The translations under genes were made by a program, and so were the position numbers. 64,000 nucleotides of DNA from Sminthopsis crassicaudata (Eukaryota). The notes below the pieces were generated by a model, which searched no databases, was not told where the DNA came from, and saw only the letters and a program-made list of their open reading frames with translations. Of the stretch, positions 25,371 to 39,500 are shown one piece after another; positions within the stretch are counted from its first letter, which is position 1, and every line of letters begins with the position of its first letter. The stretch is taken from the NCBI RefSeq assembly GCF_048593235.1, contig NC_133621.1:184037238-184101237 (forward strand), given 5' to 3'.

Positions 25371-28300
25371 AAACAAGGCCATTTTGAATAAGATAGTTCC
25401 CTTTCTTATATCCCTGAAACTATACCACATAGATGATTATACATCTACCTTTCCCCTGAGACCAGTCCTCTATGAATCAAACACTATTTAAAGTCACATA
25501 TCTTAAAAAAGAACAAATTCTTAATGCTATCTCCTTAGCCAGTGCTAATTGCTAACATGGTGATGCTAGGACAAATGCTGAATCTTAATTTGTGGTGTGG
25601 GGGACCATATGCCTTGTTATTAATTACCTAGCATCAGTGATTATATAATTATAGTCAAAATGCTAAGGCACCAACTCAGTCAATTTTTTTTTTCTTGATC
25701 TAAAGGCACAGTAGTGCTTTCATGAACAGCTTACATGAATGTGGAACTGTGTGGTTATGGTAAGCTGGTCTGCAAAATGATGTTTTTCTTGACTGTAACT
25801 AGGGTTTTGCACAAAGATCTGCCAGGATAAAACAAAGTTTAAAGGCAAATTTTGAAAGTTAAAGATGGTACTAAGCACCAAGAAGTTCCTCTGATAAAAC
25901 CTCAATTTTGCACATCTAAAGAGTTGATTTGATTACCATTTATGCAAATAAATATACCTTGAATTTGTATAGGACCTATGAAAAATAAAACTCTCTTGCA
26001 GATATTACTTGTAAAAATATAGATGAATGTCTCCAGCATCCCTGAGGGAATTGCTTTTCCTTTATAACAAATAAGTTATAATGAAATCCTCAACAGTTGT
26101 GACTTAAAAGAACTTGATCCTTCTTAGTAAACAAAATATAAATAAAATTTTTGTGATTTTATAATCGTCATCATTATTCTTTAATGTATCATTTGGATAC
26201 ACATCTTTTAAAGGGGGAAAATAGTCTAGACCTTAATGGATTTCAATGATTTGGAGTTTTGACTTACCTGCTGAGGCAAGAAAATATTGCATGGTTTGGG
26301 ATTGATGAAGGACAATAAAAGGAGAGGCTTCCAAAAAGAAGGGAGAACAAATACAATGAGAAGATAAGGATGATATATACTTTGTCTTATTTGCACACGA
26401 TTTTTAATCTCCTCAGCCAAGATTCTATTATTCTTTGAAAACTTTTTATTTCATGGAACTTTGATAATGTGCATGTTTGAAATTATGTTCATTAGGAAGT
26501 TTGTACTTAAAATTTTATGAATCATGTTAACTTTACTGATCATAGGCATGTTCTATAATAACATTATCTTCTATGATAATAGATATGTATATATCATAAA
26601 ATAGATATTCTGTTATCATAGAATAGTTCCAGGATAATATAGTGATTGAAATTATCTAGGATGTTTTGAAATCTGTTTTTGTAGTATTGGAATTTCTTAT
26701 CTGTCAATCTGTGAAAGAGAATATGCTTCAGATGTATAATCTATCTTGCTAGATATTGTCGCTAACTTGCTAGCCTTTAATGTTAAACAACACAATTCCT
26801 AACAGTTTATTGCATAATCTACACTGATCATTATATTGGGCTCATTAACGATAATTCTTCTGTAGGGTACGGTGTCAATGATCTAGTCCTGAGATGGTCT
26901 GATAAAGTCTTATATTTTGACAAACAAATGTACATAAGTCACTTGTTCTGTTCTTTTGGGGGTGGGCAGGGAGTGGCGAGGCAATTAGGGTTAAGGGACT
27001 TGTCCAGGGTCGCACAATGAGTGTCAAGGGTCTAAGGCTGGATTTAAACTCAGGTCCTCCTAATTCCAAGATTTGAACTCAGGTCCTCTTAGTTCCAATT
27101 CTATCCTCTGTGCAATCTCGTTGTACCTAGCTATCTTTTTTGATAATATAATGTTGACTGAGTCCATACTGATATAACTCATCAAAGACATTTTTGATTC
27201 CACTCTTGGACTTTTATTTTATAGGTACCATTTAGGGAAGCCTCTCTTATGCACATACCTCTTATTAAATGATGCTTTCTTATTCCAAAAGTATTTCAGG
27301 AGGTGGCTGACATATTTATCATGTGCTTGAATAGCCCTTATCAATATTTTTCTTCCTTTTGGATGTTCATCTTTCCATAGCTGTCTTAGCATGATAAGTC
27401 CTATGTTTTATTAATACTGTTAATTAATACTGGGGTATTTTCAAATCCACACAATCTATTTTACAATCTGAGAGATGTAAGATAAGTACAGTATTAAACA
27501 GATATTAATTACTTTAAATTTGTTCTTCCTAATTGTCTTTTATTTCAGACTTCTTTCTCCTTGCTGTCTTTATGTTCAATATATCAATATAGCTGAATAA
27601 GCCCTTTCTGGTTTGTTATTATGCATTCTTAATTCATAAGGCATTTACCTTGTACATCTTGCTTCCTTATCATTTGGAAAGAGCTGTAATTACTATATCT
27701 CTAGAACATAATTCCTCCTTTTTTTCAGGTTTGGGGGAGAAATTATTGGGGACTGAAGAAAAGGCCTATTCATCCATCTTGTTAGAAGATAGCCTGGAAA
27801 TATACACTGATCAAGGATGTAAAAAAAGATATACAAATCTGCATGGGTGAAAGTGAGTGAAGCAGTCTCCTCTGGGTGGCCTTTCAAGCTAAGAGAACAT
27901 GGCTTATACAGAAAACTACATTTAAAATTCAAGTACGAAAGCAAAATAGTCTCCACCTTCTAAAGCATACAAAATTAACTACAATATTTTATATGTTTTT
28001 AAAGTCTGAACTGTTAATTTTATTGGTATCAGAAAACACACAGGTGTGTTTATGTGTATATAGATGTATGGATGAATTAAGACCAAGTTTCAACTTTTAA
28101 TAATATCAAATAATTATGTAGGTATTATTAACAATATTTTTAAAAGAGTGGGAAATAACTCTGAGGGTCCCAATTCACAAACACACACAGGTTTTTTTCA
28201 AAATGTTTATATAATCAAAAAAGTTCTACCTCCATTCACCTCTCTAACAATTCTCATTCTCTGGGAACAATTCAATTGGTTTTTTTTTCTTTTGAAAAAA

Positions 28301-28599
28301 ATAATTTGCTAGAAAGAGAAAAATATAAAGTAAGAAAATGGCCATATTTGTTTCCTCTGCTATTAAATATAGCTATTTTATGCTAGGTTTCTGCTGCCCT
28401 CTGGTGATCATTTCAATTCAAGTTCTAAAAAGTAAATATAGTATGAGAAAAAAAAAAAAAGAATTTCTTTACATACATATATCCATTTCAGGTTTGGGAA
28501 GCACTTTACATACATTATGTCATATGCTGCTCATAAGAAACATAGGAGACACCTTTCCTCAAGTGTTGCTTTCTAAGCATGTTTATTACATAACATGAG

Positions 28600-29330
28600 A
28601 GCTAACAGGTTCTTGAATGTCATCAATTTTACTTTCTCCTCAAATTCATATGAATAACTTTTGTATAACCTTTACATTTGAATATATGTCCCCTACTCAG
28701 TGAGTCATCCTTTATAACAAAGATTTAAAAAAAGAAAAGCATTATCCAGCAAAATTTATCACATCAACTGAGTCTGATAGTATATTTAATATTCTACACT
28801 GCCTATGCAAAGAAATAGAGATATATTTTCTTTTCAAGTTTGATCACAGCATTCAGTTTTGGTTTTGTTGTTGTCCTTCTTCCCTACATTGTTGTTATCA
28901 TTGTACTACAGTATATTTTGTTTTCCTGGTTCCTCTTTCTTGACTCTGCATCAATTCATACAAATCTTCCCATGCTTCTCTGAATTATTCTTATGTATTA
29001 TTTCTTTCAGTCTATTACATTATAAAAACACAATTTTTTTAGCCATTCCCCATTCAATGAGCTCTTGCTTCATTTTCAATTTTTTGCTACCACAAACAGT
29101 ATGCTTTGAATATTTTGGTAAATATAGTACATTTTTATCTCTGACCTCCATGGGGTACACACTAGGCAATAAAACTTTGGGGTCAAAGGATATGAACATT
29201 TTAATAACTTTTTTGTATAATCACATATTGCTTCCAAGATAACTGGGCTAATTCACAATTACTCAAATGGCATATAATTGTGCTTGTATTCCTCAAGAAT
29301 TTCCTCCATTATTTTCTTCATTTGTTAACT
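28600..29330 (-). mobile_element. Old L1 3' relic
   Basis: tagccattccccattcaatgag...caattttttgctaccacaaac, the antisense of an L1 ORF2 end/3'UTR. Confidence 0.6.
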
Positions 29331-29584
29331 TTGCCAATTTGCTGCCACCCTTCGCATTTCCCAGATGATAAAAATGAGAGATTGTGACCTATTAAACTTT
29401 TCTTTAAGAATTATCTGAAAGATAAAGTTTATAGCCAGCACCTCATTATCTCTAATAACTAAGTAGATATGTGAATAAATGAACTCAATAGCCTTTCTTT
29501 AAAGACATCTAATTATACCTTCCTAACTCCTTACTAATCCAAGCTGTTAACAAATAGACAAATTTGATGTCAATCTCTGTCCAC

Positions 29585-29962
29585 TGCAGTACCAATATAT
29601 GGCTGTGAAATATATTAAGAAAGCTGAGTGCTACAGAATTGACAGTTTTGAACTGTATTGTTGGAGAAAACTTGTGAGAGTCCCCTGGAGAGCAAGAAAA
29701 GAAAATGAGCCAATACTTAAAAGAAATTAATTTAAACTATCCGCTGAAGATCAAATACTGAAACTGAAGCTTAAATAATGAAAAAGATAGGACTTATTAG
29801 AAAAGACCTTTATGTTGGGAAAGATTGAAGACAAAAGATGAATGTCATGGAAAAAACCAATAAGAACTTGGACAGACTTTGAGAGATAGTGGAGTGAAGG
29901 GCCTAGAGTTCTGTGGTCTGTGGGATCATAAAAATTTGGACACAGCTGAATGACTAAACATC
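29585..29962 (+). mobile_element. RTE/BovB-clade LINE 3' fragment
   Basis: atatggctgtgaa...aagaaagctgagtgc...agaattga...ttttgaactg...tggagaa...gagagtcccctgg...gggaaagattgaag; tail ends gactaaacatca. Confidence 0.8.
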
Positions 29963-30024
29963 ATGACCTTTCTGTACAAAAAGAGAAGTACCAATAATTT
30001 GAATGGGAAAATAATTTCAGCTCA

Positions 30025-31390
30025 AGTCAATAAACATTTATTAAGTACCTATTATGTGTCAGGCACTATATTAAATGCTGGGAATACAAAAAAGACACAA
30101 AAGATAGTCTTGGACCACAAGGAATTTACAATCTAATGAAGGATAAAGCACATAAAGCAAGTTATATACAAAATAAAAAGGAAATAATAAATAGAGGGAA
30201 AGCACTGAAATTAATAGGGGTTGTGAAAGTTTTCCTGTAGGTGGTGAGATTTTACTTAGGACAAGCCAGTAGTAGGAGCAGAAGGAGGAGAACATCCAGG
30301 CATGAGGAGGGGAGAAGGACCGCTAGAGAACATGCTCGAAGTGGAGAAATGAAGTGTCTTGTTCATGAAACAGCCAGGAATTCAGCATTAGTGGATCAAA
30401 CTGTACAAATAAGTAATGTAAGAAGTCTGAAAAACCTAGAAGGGGCTAGCTTAGGAAGGGCTTTGTATGTCAAACTGAACATTTTATATTTGTTCCTGGA
30501 AGCAATAGGCAGTCATTGGAACTTATTGAGTAAGGTGACATGATTAGACTTCTGTTTTAAGAAAATCACTTTAGTGGTCAAATGGAGATGGATTGGAGTG
30601 GGCAGAGACATAAGTCAGGAAGATCCCCCAGCAGGCTCTGAGTTTTCAATGAGGGCCTGCACTAGAGTGGCGATAATGTAAGAGGAGGAAGGGGTCATAA
30701 TCAAGAGATATTGTAAAGATGAGAAAATAGGCAACAGCTCTAATGTGTGGGGTCAGATATAGTGAGGCATCCCGGATGACTCCTAAATTGTAAGTCTTAA
30801 GGGTTGGGAGGATGCTGTTGTCTTCTACAGTAATAGGGAAGGAAAGAGGGAGGGACGTTTTAGGGAAAAGATAATGAGCTCTGTTTGGGGGCATGTTGAC
30901 TTTAAAATGTGTAGTGGACATCCAGTTTGAGATAACTGAAAGGCAGCTGGAGATGTGAGATTAGAGATCTTCAGAGATTGGGGCAAGAAAAGTAGATTTC
31001 AGAATTATTTCAGAATTCAGAAAATATATGGTAATTAAGTTATTGGGAGTGGTTGAGATCACTAAGTGGAGAAGAATAGAGAAGAGCAGAGGATCCAGGA
31101 TAGAATCTTGTGGGACATCTATATTGAGAGGGTGTGGTCTGGAAGAGAATCTAGCAAAGGAAATCGAGGAAGAGCTGTCAGATAGGTCGGAGGAAAACCA
31201 GGAGAGAGTAATCTTCAGAAAATTTAGAGAAGAGAGTATCAAGGAAGAGAGAGTGAGCAACAGTGTCAAAATTTGCAAAGAAGTCAGAGAATGAAGACTG
31301 AAAAAAGGTATTAGATTTGGTATTTAAGAGATCAGGAATGACTTTGGAGAGAATAGTTTCAATAGATTGATAAGGTCAGAAGCCAGAGGA
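30025..31390 (-). mobile_element. LINE-2 with recognisable RT remnant
   Basis: Minus ORF 30961-31278 contains LSWFSSDLSDSSSSISF..DVPQDSILDPLLFS (L2 RT GVPQGSVLGPLLF); L2 3' end at about 30030-30080. Confidence 0.8.
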
Positions 31391-31691
31391 AATAAAGTAG
31401 ACACATTTCATCATTAATCCCCAAATAAAATTTAAGGTACATATTAAAGGGGCCTAAAATGGCATTTTAAGGACAGTCGCTCAGTTGGACTCTCCTAACA
31501 TTCCTCCCCAAATAACTTTAAAGTAACCTCTCAAATAAGGCAGAGCAACAGAACCAACAAAAGGTCACGGTGAAACCTTTTTCTAGCCCAAAAAAAATTT
31601 TAAGAGGTCAGCTGGAAAAATCCCTGACACTCAAGATGGAGGCCTCTCTGGAACCCACACATGCACTGCAACAATAGCCCACAACAGCATC

Positions 31692-32178
31692 TGTAATATT
31701 CTTCTCTAAAATATGTTCTCTGGGAGCAGGTTTCTTGGGGGGCTTCCGGAGGCAGCCTTCCTTTCAGTTCAGTTAATCACCCCAAATGCAGCCAGGAGTT
31801 AAAGTCCAAATCCTTTATTGTCTCTTTCTAAGTCTTGTCTCCTTCCTTGGGCCCAGTTAGCTTTCTTAGAGACCTCTCTCTCTCCTTAGTTCTGAGAGCT
31901 CCTGCTGCTAGTCCTTTGCCTCTGCCAGCTTCAGCCTCCAGCCAACACAAAGGTGGAAGATGTAATGAATATGTTTCAGTCTCCAAAAGCTTCTAGTGGG
32001 CTTTTCCCTTCTGGCTCTGACAGCTCCTCCTTATCTATCCCACATTGAGTATACACCAATCATTATATCACTAGGAAACCATTATTTGTTGTAGGATTAA
32101 AGCAATGCTAAACTAGATTTAACTACTGTCTCCTCAATTCTACTTAGTAGATCTTGTTTCAAGGTCTGGCCCATAACA
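31692..32178 (-). mobile_element. Solo LTR (487 bp) with 6-bp TSD, inserted in an older L1-like element
   Basis: TG...CA termini, AGCATC at 31686-31691 and 32179-32184, reversed AATAAA near 31814. Confidence 0.85.
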
Positions 32179-35100
32179 AGCATCAGCAACTCTCAGCCCA
32201 GAGAAGACAGGGGAGTCTGTTTGACAAGTAGTCAAAGATTATAGTGGACCCTTTGCTGGAACTGGTACAGCTGGTACTGGTTCACAACTCTCTTGCCCAT
32301 ACATAGTTCTGGGGCACAGTTCCAGGGGGAAGAGAGTGCTAGGAGATGGTTCCAAGGAAGCAGAAGGCCTGCATTCACTTCTCAGACAAAAAGTGAGCTA
32401 GTAACTTATGGCAAAAGGGGACTGAGACCTTTTCCTGGGTAATATGGCAAATCCCATGAGACAAAATTTCTGGGTATTAAAAATCAATTTATTAATTAGG
32501 CTGATAACAGGGGAAAGAGCTCTGACATTAACATCAAAGAACCTGAAACCTAGTTTCAAATCCTTCTTCTAACAGTTACTACCAACTGTGTAACATGGGA
32601 CAATCAACCTCCTCCTGGGCCTGTTTCATCATTTGTAAAATGAAAATGGTTGGACTAGATAATTTCTGAAAAATTACCTAATTGTATATTTTTGTCCTAA
32701 TTCATTTTTTCTCACCCCACATATCTAATCAATTTACAAATCTTATTCATTCTGGTTTTTATAGTATGTTATGTCCTTTCTGTTCTCTTCTGTCTTCCTA
32801 AAATCTGTTATGTCCTTTCTCTTCTCTTATCTACATCACATCACAATCAGTGTAGTTTAAGTTTTTATCACCTCTGAATTATTTCAATGGTCACCTAAGT
32901 GGTTGCCCAAATTCCAGACACTCTGAAAACTGTCAATTTGGGATTTGTCTAGGAATTGTTATGGATGTACTCCTTGGGACTTTTTAATATGGCATTTCAG
33001 GACAGTAAGGGAGGCAGTTGGAGTTTCAATGCTTGAGTTTCCTTGAGAACCTAGAGACCTTTTTAGAGTTGGTAAATTTACAAATGTGCCAAAATACAGC
33101 CCTGTTGGTAAAAATGGAAGCTGGTGGGATGAATTAGTTTTTAAAAAGAGATAACTTTTGCTCTTGTTCCCAGATCTGATCTATAATTCTCTGACAGAAA
33201 TTCCAATGAAGGGAAGGTGAAGAATGTTGGTGAAATGGAGCTCTGATTGAACAGAACCTTTAGAGAAGGGCTTCTTAAAACTTTTTTTCTCTAGCAACCC
33301 TTTTTTGCCCAAGAAATCTTTATCTAACCCTGGACATATAGGTACATAAAATAGATATACAAATCAAATGTTGGTTATGAGACTCAATATAGGGTCATGA
33401 ATCACAATTTAAGAAGCTGAGCTCTAAAGCACATGAACTGGCTCAAAGAAATTTGAGACTGAAATGATTCTTCTGCTTTATGCATCTTTTCATGAGCATT
33501 AGTAAGCTTTAAAAAGCAAAACCCCTTCAGTTACCATTACTGTTGTGAGACCTTGTGACCTGTTGGATTCCTCACTTGGAGCTGACAGGCAGCAGAAATT
33601 TTTTACATTAGCTAACAGAAGATCCCCATCTCTGTCTCCTCCTCCGTACAATGCCCAGGCCTGAGGTGGCTCCATTCCCTGAGATGGTCCTGGCAGGCGC
33701 CAAATGTATATCAGAGATCATACTAGTCTGAGACCTCTTGTGCAGGTTTCCTGGGTGTTTTGGCTGGTCCTTTCTCCTGCTTAGGCCAGAAAGGAACACT
33801 AGTTTTTTTCAGGGTGGTTAAAAAGGATGAAGCTTTGTTTCCCTGTACAGTAACTTATGGGAGCTTGCTTTGTTCCCCCAGAGCTGTTCCAAATATCTCA
33901 ACATTCCAAAGTCCTACTAGTTTCAGGGCCCCATTCAGTGTGCCTGGGTGTGCTTCTAATTAGAACACCCACAGGTTTCTAGCCAACTTCTTTGTCTAGT
34001 CCTGAAGTGTTTGTGGGAAAACTAAGTTCCATTAAAATCTCTGTTGTCATCATCTTAACTGGAAGCCCAAGTGATTTTTGTTTGTTTCAAGTTAGTCAAA
34101 AAAATTTAATTATAAATCCACATTTAAAATATAGTCTTCCTCTCTAGATTTTCTCCCACTCTTATAGTAATAACCAAGCCCTGGAGAAATTAATCCTTTT
34201 ATACCCAGAATGCCCATCCTGGGAGCCCCATTGTCTTAAATGGTAGTTACCTCAATCTTCCTACTATACAGTGAAGGCTGGGTTCTTGATATACCTTATT
34301 TCACTCCCCAGAATTCTCACCAGCTACAATGCTCCCAAGCCAGGTCCTAGGGTATTTAATCCTGTCTTTCTGAGAACTCCCACCCTGAGTTCCTACTATT
34401 CTTATTGGTGAGTTGTCTCAGTTTTCTGCTACATCTGGCTTAGAATTAGAATATGCTTCATCCCAGAACTCCACCAGTCACCACGTGCAGTGCGAGTAGC
34501 ATGTATTCCCCTCCTCCTCAATTTTCTGATTCTGTAAACATAATCAAGTCAATTATCACTGCTTCTGGAAAAGGTATGTTAATTATCTATTTTTCTATGG
34601 TTCCCTGATAAAGCCCAGTAATTTTCTATATGAAAATATTCCTCCTTTTCTACCCTTGGGATATTTGTTATTAAATCATTTTAGTTGTGTTTGATTCTTT
34701 GTGATCCCATTTGAGGTTTTTTTGTCAAAAATACTGCAGTAGTTTGCCATTCCCTTCTCTAGTTAACTTTGCAGATGAAAAAAAATGAGGCAAACCCACT
34801 GTAACATATCTAGTATGTATTTGAGGCTGATTTGAACTCAGGTTTTCCTGATCCCAGGCCCAACAAAGTACCACCAAGGCAAGCACTTAACTGATTCTGG
34901 GAGTGCTATCTCCCCTTGCTAGAATATAAACTCTGGAGGACAGAATCTTTATTTTTGCATTTGTATTAGTGCTAATCCAAGTACTTATCAAGTAGTAAGT
35001 ACTCCCCATTTTCATTCATTCCTTTGTTCATTTCAGCTAGCATAAGAGTGTCACAGTACTCTGGAGACTTGGGAAACTAATAAACTCTTAAAGGAGTGTT

Positions 35101-35494
35101 ACTGATGTCAATTTTTTAACAGCAAAAAAGAAAGAAAGAAAGAAATAGGAAGGAGAGAAGGAGAGGAAGGAAGAGAAGGAAACAAAGAAGGAAGAAAGGG
35201 AAAGGGAGAGGAAAGGAAAGGAAAACTATTCCAAAATTCTGTTGGCTCATAACAACTTCTGTGGGCTGTGCCATTTGAATCAGAAGGATGAAGATTTGAT
35301 TTGCATGTTTCATACAATTGAAAGATTGTTAAGTACATTTCTGAAAAAAAAATTCACGAAATTAGTGTTGTCTTTTATTGACTTGCAAGGCTTTTCTTGG
35401 TTTAAGATTTCTTGGTTGCTTATTTCTTATATGGACACAATAAAAATTATTAGAGTTCTGTCACACGAGGATTTCAAAAAAAGAAAGAACAAGT

Positions 35495-35908
35495 TGTATA
35501 ATGTTCAGGCTAGCTTTCTTCCTCCAGAAGGGCCTTGGTCTCAGCAGGACAGTCACCACAAGGATGGACAAGAATAGAGTCTAAAGTCTTTATTGCCTCT
35601 TTCATAGTCTGTGTCTGTCATAGTCTGACCCAGTCTCCTTCAGCAGTCTGACAGTCTGGCAGTCTCAACCAGTCTCAGTCTGAATTTGATTTTGGGCCAT
35701 TCTCTCAGCCCTTAAATATCCTATTACAATGACATCGTTACAATATACTAAGTATAAGCCAATCTAGAGTGATTATTATATCAAACTAGAGTGATTATAT
35801 CATTATATCATACTAGATTTATGTGAACTAGAGAACCATTACCTCATCAATTCCACTGAGTTAACACCTCATTTCAAGTATAATTCTCCAGAGTCCTGGC
35901 TCTCTACA
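35495..35908 (-). mobile_element. Solo LTR (414 bp)
   Basis: TG...CA termini flanked by AAGT on both sides, reversed AATAAA near 35589; the last about 60 nt resemble those of the LTR at 31692. Confidence 0.7.
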
Positions 35909-36099
35909 AAGTTGGGTCTTCTAGTAGGCCTCAAAATGATTGTTTGATGATGCTTAGGTTATGCTAAAAACAACTGAATTTCACTAATATAACTAGTAGT
36001 GACAGAAAAATATAACATGACCCTTTGCTCCAAAGTCTGGTGTAAATAATTCTTTTTTATCCTGGTCACAAAAGAAATGGAGTGTTTCTTTAAAATGCA

Positions 36100-36575
36100 A
36101 TTCTCAAAAATCCCAACTTCTTAAACTGTGGTTCATGACCCCATATAGGGTCTAATAACTGAATGTGGGGGGTCATAAAATTATGATTTGTTATAGTAAA
36201 TTTTTGTATACCTATGTACTGGGGTCATGTAAAAATTTCACAAAGGGTTGCAAGTGGAAAAAGTTTTAAAAGCCCTGCTATAATTATAGCCATATAAAAA
36301 CATGTATAACCAAGATTAAGAAGTATGACAGCTTCCCTATAGGTTATGTTTTAATGCAGGTATACCAGAAATACAGCCCATAGCCATATGTCCTAGCTAA
36401 CAAGTCTCCTCAGCATGAAAATAGATTAAAATGTAATTGGGAAATAAGTAAAAATATAATAGAATGCAGATAAAGCTAATGTAGTTTTCTAAGTCAACAT
36501 GTCCACAGGGATCTGCATGTATGATTCAGCAATCCCCATTTCTATTTGAGTTTGACACTACTGGATAAAGTACAC
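36100..36575. mobile_element. Probable hAT-type non-autonomous DNA transposon relics
   Basis: cttcttaaactgtgg..gacccc and ctatttgagtttgacactactg terminal-like motifs; a related relic lies at 33260-33430. Confidence 0.45.
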
Positions 36576-39500
36576 TGGATTTGGAGTTGAAAATATTGGA
36601 TAAGTCCAATAGAAAGCTTCGTTCTTAATCTTAATGATCTGTTCCGCATATGTAAAATGAGTTGAAGTAGATGGTCTCTGAGGTCTTGTTTTAAACTCTA
36701 TGACTAAAATCAGTTGTTCTCAGAGGTTGGCCAAAAACTACAGGTAGGCTACAGGGTTTCATGAATAGTCATTTTTGAAATATGAGCTATTTTGTATTTA
36801 TACTCTTGCTTATAGAATGAAAATATTGATATTCATTAAATGCTTTTATCTATTGTCTTATCTAATCTTTCCCCTACCTTAAGACTTAGTCTAACCATGT
36901 CCTTTGTCTTATGACTTCTATTCCTTCAACCTTTCAGTTCTTTTCAAGGACATCACTGGCTACCTTGTTATCCCTTCTCTATCTCAAGCCCAGCTACTTT
37001 ATGCTATCACTTATGTATTTTGCCAAATGTTGACCCTGGATTACGCCTACTATACTGACTGTGGTCACTACAAATTTGTTATGAAATCTCAACTGAAACC
37101 TCACTATAACAAGACAATCCTACTCCTAATTGACTCTATCCCATTCTCAATATAGTGGCTATTCCAAATGTCCCAGTGCAACCCCTCCATATATCCTTTC
37201 TGCTTAGAATCTTTAACACATCAAAATAATCAAGATCTTTTGTCAAGAGCTCCCTTCTCCTGTTTCAGCTGAAGAGGTGACATTTTTTCCTGAGAAGGTA
37301 CCAACCCCCTCACTCTCTTGGTCACACATTCCCCCCTATCTTCTCTAGAAACAGACATTCCTATTCTTTTATCCTCAATTTCACCCTATCTATTGGCTCC
37401 TTCCTTTTGTCTATTAAAAAAAAAAAAAACCTTCACTAGCATGCCTAGCATGCCTACCAGTTAATATATTTCTTAGCTAAACTCCTTGAGAAAAGTATAC
37501 TAAGCATCACCATATGTCCTTTCCTTTCCCTCTTTTCTAAACTTTCTGCAACCTGGTTTCTAACCTTATCATTCAACTGAATTCTCTCTCCAAAGTTACC
37601 AAAGGTCTTTTAATTGCAAAATCTAATCACTTTTCTGCTGGTTCTCTATAATTCAGCTTTCTTCCTCAGTCTTTAAAAATTCTTTGCCTCTTAACTACAG
37701 GTTATCCCCCCCACCAAGGCTTTGTTCCTAGGTCCTCTGCTCATTTCCTTTAATCTTATCTCCTATCAATAAATCAACTGCAAGGTGCCAGCATACCCAT
37801 AATCTATATCCAAAGTTTCTTCACCTCCCTTTAAAGAAGGGGGTACATTTTCTCTTATTTTCTCTGACTGACCATGATTGAGTAGTCTTTTACACTTGTT
37901 AATGGTTGAGTATTTTCCCCCTAAATTCACTCCTTTTATTTGGCATTAATTCATGCGCCTTCCCAAGTTTGAGTTTAATGATTTGGGTCAGTCTTTCAGG
38001 TGTTCTTCTGTTAAGTAGAATATCTATTGGTCTTAGATATTAATTCCCCAGGGACCAGAGTGACCTGGCACAGTGCCAGTCCTTCATGTGGAATCATGAA
38101 GTCAGACTGAATATCATGATTGACCAACATTAATTCCCTTATAGATCTTATAGAACCAAATATTTAAAGATCTTTAATTCAAACTCATTTTAAAAGGAAT
38201 TTAAGACCCAGAGAATTAAAGGGACTTGCTAAAGGTATGAAAGCAACAGAAACAAGAACTACAAGATGCTAGAAATGACATGACTTCCCATTATAAGGCT
38301 AAAAATATTTGATGGTAGGTCATATGGGAAAGTCAGCTTTGTAATCCAGAATCACTTCCCTAACATAGCAGCTTCATTTAGATTTGTTGGCTTCTACCTT
38401 CCAGGTTCAGCTTCCTTTTAACCTCTGATGTGTATACTGTAAGTCCTTTTGGTAAAATATGTTAAACAATGTAGAACACTGACTTCATTTGATTGCCCAA
38501 TCCTTCTATAGTCACAGTGGAGGAAGGAGTACCCAAAATGGCAACAGCAGATAGTAAAATACTTGTATGGTTGTGGGTCGTCAATCCCCAAGAGTATCCC
38601 AATACAAAATAGGCCCTTTTTGGTGATGACTATATTAAACTTGTGTCTAGAACATGCAGTAATTCCTAGCCCATAAGGTGCTAGGGGACAAACATAAAAG
38701 ATGACATTGTACAAGATAATCGGGATATGTATAAACAATATAATTTTGAAACTGACTACATATGTTTTTGTTCTTAGAGTTACTTGATTTTTTTCTATTA
38801 CTGCCTAAGCCATGGTTCTTTTGTCTCTAAATTCAGACAACATGTAATGAGTGAACTTTATTAGTCCAGCTCTCTTGCTAATCAGCCTTACCTTAAGGAA
38901 ATCTGTTCTTTGCAGAGTGTGAGTGGACACCAGGGAGAATTTGATCTGGTATCTGTACAACACTATGCTAACCTTCAAGGATGTCTGGGTCCACTATATT
39001 TAATCTTGCAAACAGACTCAATGAACATTTCTTAGACACAGAAGGGAAAAAGGAGTTGTAGCCAGTCCTTCATTTCCAACTTCTAATCATATTGTCTGCT
39101 GTGTCCTCAGATGTAACCAATCCTGTCCTCATCCCCAGTAATGTTGCCAATGCTATAACCAATTATATTATTCCTTCATCTACTTTGTTACAGATTTTGA
39201 GGAGCTGTCCCTATTTGGGATCTTTTGTATAAAACGAAGTCAATGACCCATTCTCTTGATTGGTTGCATCTATGTTAAAAAAATGTTCTTACTCAAAAGA
39301 AAACATGCCTCAGTATACTTTTGAATTTCACTCATGACAATATAGAATACCTAATTACAATTAAGATATTTTAATGTAAATAAAATATAGATGTGAATTA
39401 CAAAATAGGATATATACTTATAATTGGAAATGAGCTGCTACTTCAAGACAGAATGAGGAGAAATGAACAAATGTGATATCAATGAAAAGAAAGATTTGCC

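Noticed and set aside
25735-25770. ctgtgtggttatg|gtaagc resembles the end of MGP exon 1, suggesting a Gla-family paralogue
   Set aside because: The upstream frame gives only MNVELCGY after a stop, with no signal peptide, and no downstream Gla exon was found.
33615-33760. Possible ART4 exon 1 remnant
   Set aside because: Only patchy by-eye similarity to a remembered sequence, and all frames close early; kept only as a search target.
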